The translations under genes and the position numbers were made by a program. The notes under the pieces were generated by a model. It searched no databases. It saw only the letters and a list, made by a program, of their open reading frames with translations, and was not told the DNA's origin. Below, piece after piece: positions 10,382-19,868 of a stretch of DNA of 64,000 nt; position 1 is the stretch's first letter; each line of letters begins with the position of its first letter. Source of the DNA: a bacterium (GTDB taxonomy: Bacteria > Patescibacteriota > Minisyncoccia > UBA6257 > 02-FULL-45-10c); contig JAUYKI010000010.1 in assembly GCA_030700025.1 (NCBI GenBank), positions 16,648 to 80,647 on the forward strand. Reading direction: 5' to 3'.

Positions 10382-10455
10382 TGGAGCGGGATACCGGAAT
10401 CGAACCGGCGCCATTACCTTGGCAAGGTAGCGTACTGCCACTATACTAATCCCGC
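10382..10455 (-). tRNA. tRNA-Gly(GCC) with encoded CCA
   Basis: reverse complement folds as a cloverleaf: acceptor gcgggat/atcccgc, anticodon loop ttGCCaa, T arm gccgg-ttcgatt-ccggt, 3' CCA. Confidence 0.8.
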
Positions 10456-10504
10456 AATACTCAAAGAGTATAATAATTCTAATTTTAAAAATCAAATAGC
10501 TTAT

Positions 10505-11008
10505 TTAAGCTAAGAAAACTATTTTTTTGATTTGTTCAATTACGTCTTGATCGCCGGCGTCCGAAAAACTAATAGTCTGATGCGCGTAGGTTTGGTAAAG
10601 GTAATGCCTTTCCGTAAATAATCCTTCTAATCCCCAGCGCGCTAAACCGATAATCCCCCGCTCCAAAGGCTTGGGTCCCAAACGCTTTTTAACTTCTTCC
10701 AGCGGCAAATCCAAATAAAAAATTTGAGTTTCGGATTTTAATTTATTCATTGCCCGCGTGGAATAAATAATACTGCCGCCCGGAGCAAAAACCGTTTCCG
10801 CCAAATTCAAATCCAAAGACAATTCTTCTTCCAGTTCTAAAAATGCGGTGTCGCCGTTTTTGCCGATAAATTCCGCCGGCGCCAGGCCGGTTTTTTCTTG
10901 GATTAAAATATCCAGGTCCAGAAACTTCCAGCCCAAGCTATCGGCTAATTTTTTGCCGATAGTAGATTTTCCGGCGCCGGGCATGCCGATTAGGGTTATT
11001 CCCTTCAT
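10505..11008 (-). CDS. aroK: shikimate kinase
   Basis: 167 aa; GMPGAGKSTIGKKLA P-loop; start codon preceded by the TAGTATATTAGCATTTC motif. Confidence 0.8.
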   Translation of the reverse strand: MKGITLIGMPGAGKSTIGKKLADSLGWKFLDLDILIQEKTGLAPAEFIGKNGDTAFLELEEELSLDLNLAETVFAPGGSIIYSTRAMNKLKSETQIFYLDLPLEEVKKRLGPKPLERGIIGLARWGLEGLFTERHYLYQTYAHQTISFSDAGDQDVIEQIKKIVFLA

Positions 11009-11116
11009 GAAATGCTAATATACTAATTCATACTAATTATACTAATATTCGTATGTGCCTATTCGTTAAGGCATTCGCATACTATTATTCGCATGTATTA
11101 GTATATTGGTATCGCA
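11009..11116. repeat. PR-family intergenic repeat R1
   Basis: tandem TACTAAT units plus 36-bp core ATTCGTATGTGCCTATTCGTTAAGGCATTCGCATAC, near-identical to 36504-36610. Confidence 0.7.
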
Positions 11117-12256
11117 TTACTTTAACTTCAAAAATCTCTTTTTACCAACTTGCAACAACGTTTCTTTTTCTATTTTTATATTTTTATTCAAATCCGATTG
11201 CGTTTCGCCGTTGATTTTAACTCCTCCCTGCTCAATTAACCGCCGCGCTTCGCTTTTACTTGATGCCAGTCCGACTTTCACAATTAAGTCTACTAGATTC
11301 CAGATTCTACTTTCTAGTTTCTTGACCGGTATATCCGTTGGCGCTTCGTGTTTGGAAAACACCCTGATAAATTCTTCCTTGGCTTCTTCCGCGGCTTTGG
11401 CGCTATGATACATGCCAACAATAATTTTTCCCAATTCTAATTTCGCTTCCCGCGGATCACCGATGGTTCTTTTTCCATCCGTGCAAAGTTCATAATATTG
11501 GCCGATCAGTTCATCGGGGACCGACATAATTTTACCGAACATCGCATTTGGCGCTTCGGTAATGCCGATATAATTTCCCAAAGACTTGGACATTTTTTTC
11601 ACGCCATCCAAGCCTACTAAAAGCGGGAGCATAACTACGTCTTGTTCGGCTTGATCGTATTTTCTTTGTAAACGCCGTCCCATCAAAAGATTAAATTTCT
11701 GATCCACGCCGCCAACTTCTATGTCGGCCTTAACCGCCACCGAATCATATCCCTGCAAAATCGGATAAAGCGCTTCAATCATGGTCACCTCCTGGCCGGC
11801 CTTAATTCTTTTTTGGAAGTCCTCCCGCTCCATAACTCTTTCCATAGATACATTTCCCATCAGCTCTAAAAGCAACTTCCATTTGCCTTCAAACCACTCG
11901 CTGTTATAGCGGATTTCTGTTTTTTTAATATCCAATACTTTTTTCGCCTGGTCTAAATAGGTTTTTAAATTTTGCTTAATTTCTTTATCAGAAAGCTGGG
12001 GGCGGGTTTTATCGCGGCCCGAAGGATCTCCGATTTTTGCGGTAAAATCGCCGATGATTAAAACGGCCTTGTGTCCGGCGTCCTGAAACTGGCGCAGTTT
12101 CCTTAACGGAACCGTATGGCCCAAATGCAAATCCGGCGCCGTTGGATCCACGCCCAATTTCACCCGCAGTTTCTTTCCGGACTTTAGCGCCTTTTCCAAA
12201 TGCTCCTTTTCTATGGCTTCTTCTACCCCTCGTTCCAAAAGATTCTTAATATCCAT
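11117..12256 (-). CDS. tyrS: tyrosyl-tRNA synthetase
   Basis: HLGH and KMSKS class I motifs; C-terminal S4 domain (SEARRLIEQGGVKING). Confidence 0.8.
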   Translation of the reverse strand: MDIKNLLERGVEEAIEKEHLEKALKSGKKLRVKLGVDPTAPDLHLGHTVPLRKLRQFQDAGHKAVLIIGDFTAKIGDPSGRDKTRPQLSDKEIKQNLKTYLDQAKKVLDIKKTEIRYNSEWFEGKWKLLLELMGNVSMERVMEREDFQKRIKAGQEVTMIEALYPILQGYDSVAVKADIEVGGVDQKFNLLMGRRLQRKYDQAEQDVVMLPLLVGLDGVKKMSKSLGNYIGITEAPNAMFGKIMSVPDELIGQYYELCTDGKRTIGDPREAKLELGKIIVGMYHSAKAAEEAKEEFIRVFSKHEAPTDIPVKKLESRIWNLVDLIVKVGLASSKSEARRLIEQGGVKINGETQSDLNKNIKIEKETLLQVGKKRFLKLK

Positions 12257-12342
12257 TGTTCTTATTTTAACTTAAAATATAAAAAACGAAAAACCCGCAT
12301 TGGCGGGCTTTCCTATTTTGATTATTAGTTATTGATTCTTGA

Positions 12343-12939
12343 TTATTTCTTCCCCGTCTTGATAATCTCGTCCACTACTCCATAATCTTTAGCTTCCGCG
12401 GCGGTTAAATGAAAATCTCGGTCGGTATCTCGTTCTATTTTAGCCAGCGGCTGACCGGTATGCTTAGCCAAAATTTGGCTTAACCGCTCCTTAATCCGCA
12501 AGATATGCTTGGCGGCAATTTCAATTTCCACCGCCTGGCCTTCCGCCCCGCCCATTACCTGGTGAAGCAAAATTTCCGCGTTCGGCAAAGCCACCCGCTT
12601 TCCTTTTTTTCCGGACGCCAAAAGCACCGCGCCCATAGAAGCCGCCATGCCCACGCAAATCGTGGAAACGTCCGGCTTGATATATTGCATAGTATCGTAA
12701 ATCGCCATGCCAGCGGTTACCGAACCGCCCGGAGAATTAATATAAAGCTTGATATCCCTTTTCGGATCTTCGTGTTCCAAAAATAAAAGCTGGGCAATTA
12801 CCGTATTGGCAACGCCATCGCTAATCGGGCCCGACAAAAAAACAATCCGTTCTTTTAAAAGACGCGAATAAATATCATAAGCCCGCTCGCCATTTTGGGT
12901 TTTTTCTATAACCGTAGGGATAAGGTATTCGTTTTCCAT
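12343..12939 (-). CDS. clpP: ATP-dependent Clp protease proteolytic subunit (copy 2)
   Basis: 198 aa; [14 protein letters not shown]; its ATG lies inside the inverted repeat of element E2. Confidence 0.9.
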   Translation of the reverse strand: MENEYLIPTVIEKTQNGERAYDIYSRLLKERIVFLSGPISDGVANTVIAQLLFLEHEDPKRDIKLYINSPGGSVTAGMAIYDTMQYIKPDVSTICVGMAASMGAVLLASGKKGKRVALPNAEILLHQVMGGAEGQAVEIEIAAKHILRIKERLSQILAKHTGQPLAKIERDTDRDFHLTAAEAKDYGVVDEIIKTGKK

Positions 12940-13049
12940 CCCGTTAGAGGCAGGTTGCCAAAGGCAACCGTAACTTGGCCGTTTTAATTACAATCGACAT
13001 ATTTATATTTTGAATTTTGATTATCATAATTTATTTTGTTTAGTTGCCT
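12938..13049 (+). repeat. family A inverted-repeat (MITE-like) element E2
   Basis: CCATCCCGTTAGAGGCAGG...TTGCCTCTAACGGGAT; internal GGTTGCC-AAA-GGCAACC hairpin; interior homologous to E4. Confidence 0.65.
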
Positions 13050-13276
13050 CTAACGGGATTCCATTCCTTTACTTTTTGTGCTGTCTTTTGGCAAATTCCT
13101 CTAATTCTTCCTCGGTTACCGGCGCGTCCGCTTCCCGGAATTTTTCAACTTTTTCCGGAGTCATTGCCGGATCAATAGTCGGCTTAACTTCTTTTGGTGA
13201 AAATTTTTCTGGCATAGTTTTATTTTAATTAATTTTTATAATTTCGTAGATTCGTACTCTTTCGTATTTAGTAGCT

Positions 13277-14533
13277 TTATTTTAATGACCCTAGATATTC
13301 AAAAACTTTTCTATTCTGAATTATACCATAAATATAGTCATAAAGCCGCTGGAGGTCAATTTGTTTTTCGGCCGACTTCCGGTTTAACTGCGAGCGCGCT
13401 AAAAATTTATCGGATTCGGCTTTGACTTCTTCGGGGGTCGGGTCCAACCTCTCTTCTTTGGCAATTTGATAAAGGATTAAATTATCCTTTACGTTAATTT
13501 CCGCGGCCTCTTGGAGATGCTGGCGGATTTCTTCTTTGTTTTTCGTGGCTCCGGCCATGGCCTGGTATTCCGCCGCCATATTATCCATAGTTTTATCCAC
13601 CATAATCCGGGGCAAATCAAAAGCTGAGCTCTTCCGGATTTCTTCCAAAACTTTCAATTGGGATTTTTCTTTTTCTTTTGCCTCTTTTTCTTTTTGCAAT
13701 CCGGTCCGGATGCTTTTTTTCAAATCTTCCACATTTTCAAATTTCCCCAAACTTTTCGCGAACTCATCGGTTAACTCCGGTAATTCCCGGGCAAACACTC
13801 CTTTGATTGTCACTTTAAAATCCACTTTTTGATCCCGCAGGCTTTCTTCCCAATAATCTTTTGGAAAAGTAACGGAAAATTCCACGCTCTCGCCCTCTTT
13901 ATGTCCCGCGATATTTTCTTCAAATCCAGGAATAAATTTTCCTTCGCCTAAAATAAATTTGTCGTTTTCGTTACTCATTTGATCTACCACTTTCCCGTCC
14001 CGCAAGCCGATATATTCCATTTCCACCACATCTCCTTTTTGAGCCGGCCGGTCAGCCAGGACTTCCTTCGCCCGGGAATTCAAAATCCACTTCAAAGAAT
14101 CTTCCGCTTCCTGGTCACTGACTACCACCGGTTTTTGATTTTTTAAAACATTTTCAGCGATCTTTTTATAATTTCCCAAATTTATTTCCGGAAAAACCGT
14201 TAACGTCGCCTTAAATTTTAAGCCGGCAGGATTTTTCGGATCCTCAATAACTTCAATTTTCGGCTGGTCAATCAGCTTCCAGTCATTTTCTTTGGTAAGC
14301 TCCTGCAGTTTTTCCCGGACAATCTGATTTACGGCTTCTTCAAAAACTTTTTCCTGATTAACTGCCTGGCTCGCCATTTCTTTTGGCGCGGCGCCCGGCC
14401 GGAATCCTTTTAGATGGACAGAATTAAGCGCCTGATCATAAATCGGCTGATAATATTCCACAAACTCTTTTTGGTCTAAAACCACTTCCAGCTCAATTTG
14501 GGAATTGGGAAGTTTCTTAAATGAGTGCTTCAT
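13277..14533 (-). CDS. tig: trigger factor
   Basis: 418 aa; N-terminal ribosome-binding region with GFRPGAAP motif, PPIase-like middle domain. Confidence 0.85.
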   Translation of the reverse strand: MKHSFKKLPNSQIELEVVLDQKEFVEYYQPIYDQALNSVHLKGFRPGAAPKEMASQAVNQEKVFEEAVNQIVREKLQELTKENDWKLIDQPKIEVIEDPKNPAGLKFKATLTVFPEINLGNYKKIAENVLKNQKPVVVSDQEAEDSLKWILNSRAKEVLADRPAQKGDVVEMEYIGLRDGKVVDQMSNENDKFILGEGKFIPGFEENIAGHKEGESVEFSVTFPKDYWEESLRDQKVDFKVTIKGVFARELPELTDEFAKSLGKFENVEDLKKSIRTGLQKEKEAKEKEKSQLKVLEEIRKSSAFDLPRIMVDKTMDNMAAEYQAMAGATKNKEEIRQHLQEAAEINVKDNLILYQIAKEERLDPTPEEVKAESDKFLARSQLNRKSAEKQIDLQRLYDYIYGIIQNRKVFEYLGSLK

Positions 14534-14539
14534 GATAGA

Positions 14540-14785
14540 TTAGTTTTCTTTTTTCTCAAGAAGTTTTTGATCTTCTGGCAATTGTTTCCTTTTTTCTGCT
14601 TTTCTTTCAATCTTCTTTATAGGTAATTCTTCCAATGCTAAGGGTCGTACTCCCGCTTTTTCCATTTCTTTCATAATTTCTTCTACCGTCATCGGCTTTG
14701 TAGGACGCCATATTTCTATGTCCTCTGGATTAACCACCTTTTTCTTTTCAAATTCTTTTTTTCTTGGAACGGGTAAATTTTCCAT
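14540..14785 (-). CDS. hypothetical Lys/Glu-rich small protein (81 aa)
   Basis: ORF between hppA and tig on the same strand; no known motif. Confidence 0.35.
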   Translation of the reverse strand: MENLPVPRKKEFEKKKVVNPEDIEIWRPTKPMTVEEIMKEMEKAGVRPLALEELPIKKIERKAEKRKQLPEDQKLLEKKEN

Positions 14786-14794
14786 AAGTAGTTT

Positions 14795-16768
14795 TTACAA
14801 AAACGGAACAATTAAAAGCGCAACGATGTTGATTACCTTAATCAGCGGATTAATTGCCGGACCGGCAGTGTCCTTATACGGATCGCCGACAGTGTCGCCG
14901 GTAACCGCGGCTTTATGGGCGTCTGATCCCTTTCCGCCGAAATTTCCGTCTTCAATATATTTTTTGGCATTATCCCAGGCAGCTCCGCCGGCAGTCATGG
15001 AGAGCGCGATAAATAATCCGCCGACAATGGTGCCGATCAAAAATCCTCCCAATGCCTTAGGTCCCAATAACAAACCCACCGCCAATACCGAAATAATCGG
15101 AATTAAAGCCGGCACAATCATTTCTTTTAAAGCTGCCTTAGTGACAATATCCACTGCCCGGCCGTAATCCGGCTTGGCTTTATATTCCATAATTCCAGGA
15201 ATTTCCCTGAATTGCCGACGAACTTCCTCCACTACCGCGCCCGCCGCCTTTCCTACCGCCTTAATAGATATAGAAGCGAACCAGTAAGGAACCGCTGCTC
15301 CCAAAATCAAACCAACCAAAACTAATGGATTTTGAAGCTCAAAGGCCACGTCCTTGCTTAACTTGGTCAATTCATCCACATAACTGGAAAATAAAACTAA
15401 AGCGGCTAAACCCGCGGAAGCAATCGCGTATCCTTTAGTAACCGCTTTCGTGGTATTGCCGACTGCGTCCAAAGAATCGGTAATTTTCCGGACTTCTTCC
15501 GGAGCATTAGTCATTTCCGCGATACCGCCGGCGTTATCCGTAATCGGGCCGAAAGAATCAATGGCCACCACCATTCCCGCGACTGAAAGCATTGCGGTTG
15601 CCGCCATGGCCACGCCATAAATCCCCGCTAAATAAAAACTGCCTAAAATTGCTCCAACAATTATCAAAGCCGGAACTAAAGTAGATTCCATGCCAACCGA
15701 AATTCCCATAATAATATTAGTGCCGTGTCCGGAGCGCGATGCTTCCGCGATGGATTTCACCGGCCGGAAAGATTTGGAAGTATAATAATCAGTTATCAAA
15801 ACCATCAGAACCGTGGTAACCAATCCAACTAACGCGCTCAAATAAATGCTCCAGGTATTATCCGGAAAATAATATTTAGTCGCCGGATAAAACAACACGG
15901 CCGAAAGTCCCAAAGAAACCGCCAATCCTTTATAAAGCGCGCCCATGATATTTTTACCGGAACCGATTTTTACAAACCAGCTTCCGATTAACGAAGAAAT
16001 AATCGCCAAACCGCCTAAAATTAAAGGAAAAATTACTTGCGGGCTCTGCAAACTGCCGGACTGTAAATATCCCAAAAGCATCGTGGCGGTTAAAGTTACC
16101 GCGTAAGTTTCAAAAAGGTCCGCGGCCATGCCCGCGCAATCTCCGACATTGTCTCCGACATTATCGGCAATCACTCCGGGATTTCTCGGATCGTCTTCCG
16201 GAATGCCGGCTTCCACCTTGCCGACTAAATCCGTTCCGACGTCGGCAGCTTTAGTAAAAATTCCGCCTCCCAGCCGGGCGAAAATAGAAATCAAACTGGC
16301 GCCAAATCCCAAACCAATTAAACCGCGCACGTCTTGCGTCAAAATATAAAATCCGGCCACCGATAAAAGTCCCAAAGAAACTACCAAAAAGCCGGTAACC
16401 GCGCCGGATTTAAACGCCAGCGATAAAGCGGCGTTCAAGCCGGACTTGGCTGCCTCCGCGGTTTTGGAATTAGCGCGCACCGCCACATTCATGCCGATAT
16501 AACCGGCAACCGCCGAAGCAATAGCGCCGACTAAAAATCCGACTGCCGATAAAACTCCCAGCCAATAATAAATCGCCAAAGCCAAAACAACGGCAACTAC
16601 GGCAACAGTTTTATACTGCCGATTCAAATATGCCTGTGATCCGGCTTGAATGGCTTTAGAAATTTCCACCATTTTTTCATTGCCGCTAGATTGGCCCTTG
16701 AGCCAAATCATGACGTAAAAACTATAAATAATTGATAAGAAAACTGGTCCGAAAATTAAATAATTCAT
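14795..16768 (-). CDS. hppA: membrane-bound proton-translocating pyrophosphatase
   Basis: 657 aa; [18 protein letters not shown] and [14 protein letters not shown]-PPase signatures. Confidence 0.9.
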   Translation of the reverse strand: MNYLIFGPVFLSIIYSFYVMIWLKGQSSGNEKMVEISKAIQAGSQAYLNRQYKTVAVVAVVLALAIYYWLGVLSAVGFLVGAIASAVAGYIGMNVAVRANSKTAEAAKSGLNAALSLAFKSGAVTGFLVVSLGLLSVAGFYILTQDVRGLIGLGFGASLISIFARLGGGIFTKAADVGTDLVGKVEAGIPEDDPRNPGVIADNVGDNVGDCAGMAADLFETYAVTLTATMLLGYLQSGSLQSPQVIFPLILGGLAIISSLIGSWFVKIGSGKNIMGALYKGLAVSLGLSAVLFYPATKYYFPDNTWSIYLSALVGLVTTVLMVLITDYYTSKSFRPVKSIAEASRSGHGTNIIMGISVGMESTLVPALIIVGAILGSFYLAGIYGVAMAATAMLSVAGMVVAIDSFGPITDNAGGIAEMTNAPEEVRKITDSLDAVGNTTKAVTKGYAIASAGLAALVLFSSYVDELTKLSKDVAFELQNPLVLVGLILGAAVPYWFASISIKAVGKAAGAVVEEVRRQFREIPGIMEYKAKPDYGRAVDIVTKAALKEMIVPALIPIISVLAVGLLLGPKALGGFLIGTIVGGLFIALSMTAGGAAWDNAKKYIEDGNFGGKGSDAHKAAVTGDTVGDPYKDTAGPAINPLIKVINIVALLIVPFL

Positions 16769-16810
16769 ATTTTAGAAATTAGAGATTAGTAATTAATAAT
16801 TTTATGACTT

Positions 16811-18055
16811 TCATTCTTCGGATTTTTCTTTATCTTCCGAAGCTTCTTTGGCTTCCTTTTCTATTGCTGCCGCGACTCCGCCTTCCTGAACTTCTTCCGG
16901 ACGAGCCTGCGAACGGACATCAATTTTCCAACCGGTTAATTTAGCGGCTAAACGGACATTCTGCCCGCCCCGGCCGATTGCCAAACTCAATTGGTCTTCC
17001 GGAATAAAAACTTTAGCGTCCCGGCGCGGAGAAATTTCCACGGATTTTACTTTTGCCGGAGATAAAGAATTGGAAATAAATTTTTCCGCATCGTCCGACC
17101 ATTCAATAATATCAATTTTTTCCTGTCCCAGCTCATTACTGACGGACATTACCCGCGTGCCTCTTTGGCCGACGCAAGATCCAACCGGATCCACTCCGTC
17201 CGCGGTAGAAGCTACCGCGATTTTTGTCCGGCTTCCCGGCTCTCTGGCAATACCTTTAATTTCTACGATTCCTTCGGCAATTTCCGGAACTTCCAATTCA
17301 AAAAGCTTGCTGACGAATTTCGGATGCGACCGGGAAAGAATAATGCCCGGCACTTTGCTGTCTTCCTGAACCGCCACGATATAAAACCGCATCCGGTCTC
17401 CGGATTTATAATGTTCGCCGGGGATGGATTCGTTATAAAACATAACGCCGGTGGCTCTTCCTAAGTCAACAAAAACATTTCCGCGGTCAAACCGCTGGAT
17501 TACGCCGCTGATAATTTCTCCTTCCTTGCTTTGAAATTCATGGATTACCGAAATCCGTTCCGCTTCCCGCAATTTCTGTAAAACTACCTGTTTGGCAGTT
17601 TGCGCGGCAATCCGGCCGAAGTCATCGTGAGTTTCCAAAGGAAATTCCAATTCTTCTTCTAAAGCAACGCCTTTCTTAATTTTCTTAGCTTCTTCCAGAA
17701 AAAGATGGCGATCCGGATTATAACGGGGCAATTTGCCTTCTTCGTCTTCAAAAGATTCCGGCGCTTCCCGTTCTACACGCTTGGAAACTGCTCCAACTTC
17801 TTCCACCGGCACTTCTTCCGTCTCTTCTACTATTCTTACTGTAGATTCATCCACCACGGTCTTTACCTGCCAAAACTTAAGGCTGCCGGTTTTTAAATCA
17901 AACTTGCATTTAATAATTTCTCCTTTTTTGCCGTATTCCTTTTTATAAGCAGCGGCAATAGACGATTCAATCGCCTCTAAAATCTGATTGGGCTCAATGC
18001 CTTTTTCTTCGGCAATCTGCTCAATCGCTTTTTTTAATGTTTTTAAATCAAACAT
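16811..18055 (-). CDS. nusA: transcription termination/antitermination factor NusA
   Basis: 414 aa; N-terminal domain, S1 domain and two KH domains in NusA order. Confidence 0.9.
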   Translation of the reverse strand: MFDLKTLKKAIEQIAEEKGIEPNQILEAIESSIAAAYKKEYGKKGEIIKCKFDLKTGSLKFWQVKTVVDESTVRIVEETEEVPVEEVGAVSKRVEREAPESFEDEEGKLPRYNPDRHLFLEEAKKIKKGVALEEELEFPLETHDDFGRIAAQTAKQVVLQKLREAERISVIHEFQSKEGEIISGVIQRFDRGNVFVDLGRATGVMFYNESIPGEHYKSGDRMRFYIVAVQEDSKVPGIILSRSHPKFVSKLFELEVPEIAEGIVEIKGIAREPGSRTKIAVASTADGVDPVGSCVGQRGTRVMSVSNELGQEKIDIIEWSDDAEKFISNSLSPAKVKSVEISPRRDAKVFIPEDQLSLAIGRGGQNVRLAAKLTGWKIDVRSQARPEEVQEGGVAAAIEKEAKEASEDKEKSEE

Positions 18056-18107
18056 ACGCTATAAATTAATAAAATGTCCGCTCGACAGCGGACTTCAATC
18101 TGTTTCC

Positions 18108-18135
18108 AGTATATAGGATAAGTAAGGGCTTGTCA
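18108..18135 (-). promoter_or_regulatory. sigma70-like promoter of nusA directly abutting element A
   Basis: minus strand TTGACA - 16 nt - TATACT; element A ends 1 nt before the -35 box. Confidence 0.45.
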
Positions 18136-18136
18136 A

Positions 18137-18415
18137 TGGTCTCGGTTATATCTCTTTACGGAAACAGAATAACTGCTTCGCCGAATCTCTTTCCTCAACC
18201 TCTCATTCGGAAAACCTTATTCTCCCGCTACCGTTCGTCCTCCCAGCGTGAGGACTCACTGGCTCGTCGGCCTCGCTCTGTCCCGCTTCGCGGGACAACC
18301 ATGCCCGCTCGGCCTCCGGCCGCGCTACGGAGAATAAGGATTTCCTCATTTTTATTATTTTATTAACCGAGCTAATCGGTTCGCTTGGGTTTCGGTAAAG
18401 AGATATCGGCCTTCG
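18137..18415 (-). repeat. mosaic GC-rich structured element A (candidate ncRNA)
   Basis: 19-bp long-range helix joins the ends (18140-18165 with 18392-18415); internal CCTTATTCTCC/GGAGAATAAGG helix; UUCG-capped hairpin GTCCCGC-TTCG-GCGGGAC; related to 25398-25592 and 40655-40800. Confidence 0.5.
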
Positions 18416-18542
18416 CTTTAAAATAGTTTGTATATAATTGCGGGATGTTCCCTTAAAGGGGTATAACCTCGACTTTGGATTTTAAAACGTGGGGCTAATC
18501 CCCATAAAAAAATTCCCCTCGATTTTCATCGAGGGGGGTAGT

Positions 18543-18680
18543 TCACCCACAGGAACGGGGGCCGGTCATGGTCAGGACAAAGGGCAGGGCAATGAGCAGA
18601 AGGATCATCGCGCCCATCACGCCCACCATCACCCAGGCGACTTTCTGGCTCACCTTCTTCTTGTTCAGATACCTCAGCAT
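18543..18680 (-). CDS. small hydrophobic protein (45 aa, 1 TM)
   Basis: ATG preceded by AAGGAGG on the minus strand; immediately downstream of the 69-aa membrane ORF. Confidence 0.35.
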   Translation of the reverse strand: MLRYLNKKKVSQKVAWVMVGVMGAMILLLIALPFVLTMTGPRSCG

Positions 18681-18699
18681 GTGCAGCCTCCTTGTTAGC

Positions 18700-18909
18700 T
18701 TACTTTGGGCCCGAGACTGATGAGCTCGGACATTTCTTGAGGTCGTGTGACACAAGACCGACCAAAAGACCGATCAGATATCCGAGGAAAGAACAGATGC
18801 CCATTGCCGCAAACGATTCATTAGGAGTTATCGGAAATCTGAACACGTAGGGCAAAAACATGGCAACTATCAATCCGATACCGTACTTAAGCATGGTAAT
18901 CCTCCTCAC
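18700..18909 (-). CDS. small membrane protein (69 aa, 2 TM)
   Basis: GAGGAGG RBS upstream; two hydrophobic helices. Confidence 0.4.
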   Translation of the reverse strand: MRRITMLKYGIGLIVAMFLPYVFRFPITPNESFAAMGICSFLGYLIGLLVGLVSHDLKKCPSSSVSGPK

Positions 18910-19020
18910 ACTTTTAAGTTACTATATCTAGTATAGCATACTATATCAGTCTTGTCAATAGCACCTTAGGCCCGCCCCCTAAAACCCATCCCTTCTCCCC
19001 ACAAAATATAAAACCCCCGT

Positions 19021-19380
19021 TTAGTTGGGGGCTGGGGATTTCGTAACCAGGTTGGTAATATAAAACTTCAAAATCTCTTTTTGCTGGTCGCTCAATTTAG
19101 CCCAAAGCGTATCCTCCAGGAACAAAACTTCTTCTTCCGACAGGTCGTCAAACAGAAAATGCAGGGCCTCATGAAGCAGAACCTTAGCCAAGGCGTCTGG
19201 GCTTTGATTACGCGAGGTGCTTAAATAGATTTCGTCATCTTTTAATAATCCACAAAGATCCACTCCGTCGTCCTGGACCCTCTCTTGAAGATGAATCTCG
19301 TCTATATCCTCGTTTAGGGCTTCAATAACTTTTTTAAAGAACCAGTCGACTAACTTGTCCCCAGTCGCTATGTTTTTCAA
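19021..19380 (-). CDS. small HExxH-motif protein (119 aa), putative minimal metallopeptidase-like
   Basis: LLHEALHFLF (HExxH) motif; terminator hairpin CCCCCAACTAAACGGGGG overlaps the stop. Confidence 0.4.
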   Translation of the reverse strand: MKNIATGDKLVDWFFKKVIEALNEDIDEIHLQERVQDDGVDLCGLLKDDEIYLSTSRNQSPDALAKVLLHEALHFLFDDLSEEEVLFLEDTLWAKLSDQQKEILKFYITNLVTKSPAPN

Positions 19381-19463
19381 TTTATCCTCCCGAATCCCAA
19401 TCTTTAACTAAAGATTGCAACAAAACCCCCAAAAAGACAATATGCAGACTTCTATAATTAAAA

Positions 19464-19844
19464 CTAAAGATTTTCAAAATACTTAATTAACGGCTCTTTG
19501 CCGTTAATTAAAGTAATAGCGATTAAATCTATGCGCCATCCCCTTTCGTCGTTTACGAGATTGGGATTCTGGTTAGCATACAAAATGGCGGTTCTTTGTA
19601 ATTTTTGTAATTTGGCGGCAGTAAGATTGTCTTCCGGATTTAATTCGGCAATTGCCGGATTGCCGGATTCTTTCATGGTTTTTACTTCAACAATGACTAA
19701 TGTCTTGTCTGGCGCCATAGCAATGACGTCCAACTCGCCCCATGGCTTTCTAAAATTCCGTTCAATAACCGTGAAACAATGTTTCACAAGGTATTCACAA
19801 GCAAGATCTTCTCCAAATTTTCCAACTTCGGATTTATGCGTCAT
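19464..19844 (-). CDS. yraN: YraN-family (UPF0102) endonuclease
   Basis: GEDLACEYL...GELDVIAM..VIVEVKT motifs typical of YraN. Confidence 0.75.
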   Translation of the reverse strand: MTHKSEVGKFGEDLACEYLVKHCFTVIERNFRKPWGELDVIAMAPDKTLVIVEVKTMKESGNPAIAELNPEDNLTAAKLQKLQRTAILYANQNPNLVNDERGWRIDLIAITLINGKEPLIKYFENL

Positions 19845-19868
19845 TGACCAAATGTTAAACAAAAACAC

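Noticed and set aside
18137-18415. Element A as the RNase P RNA (rnpB)
   Set aside because: A P1-like terminal helix and a GAGGAAAUCC..CUCC stretch are suggestive, but universal CR-I through CR-V motifs (GGAAAGUCCGGGCUCC, AGGGCA, ACAGAANCCGGCUUA) are not convincingly present. Related partial copies B and C exist, which is unexpected for a single-copy essential RNA. Left as an unclassified structured element.
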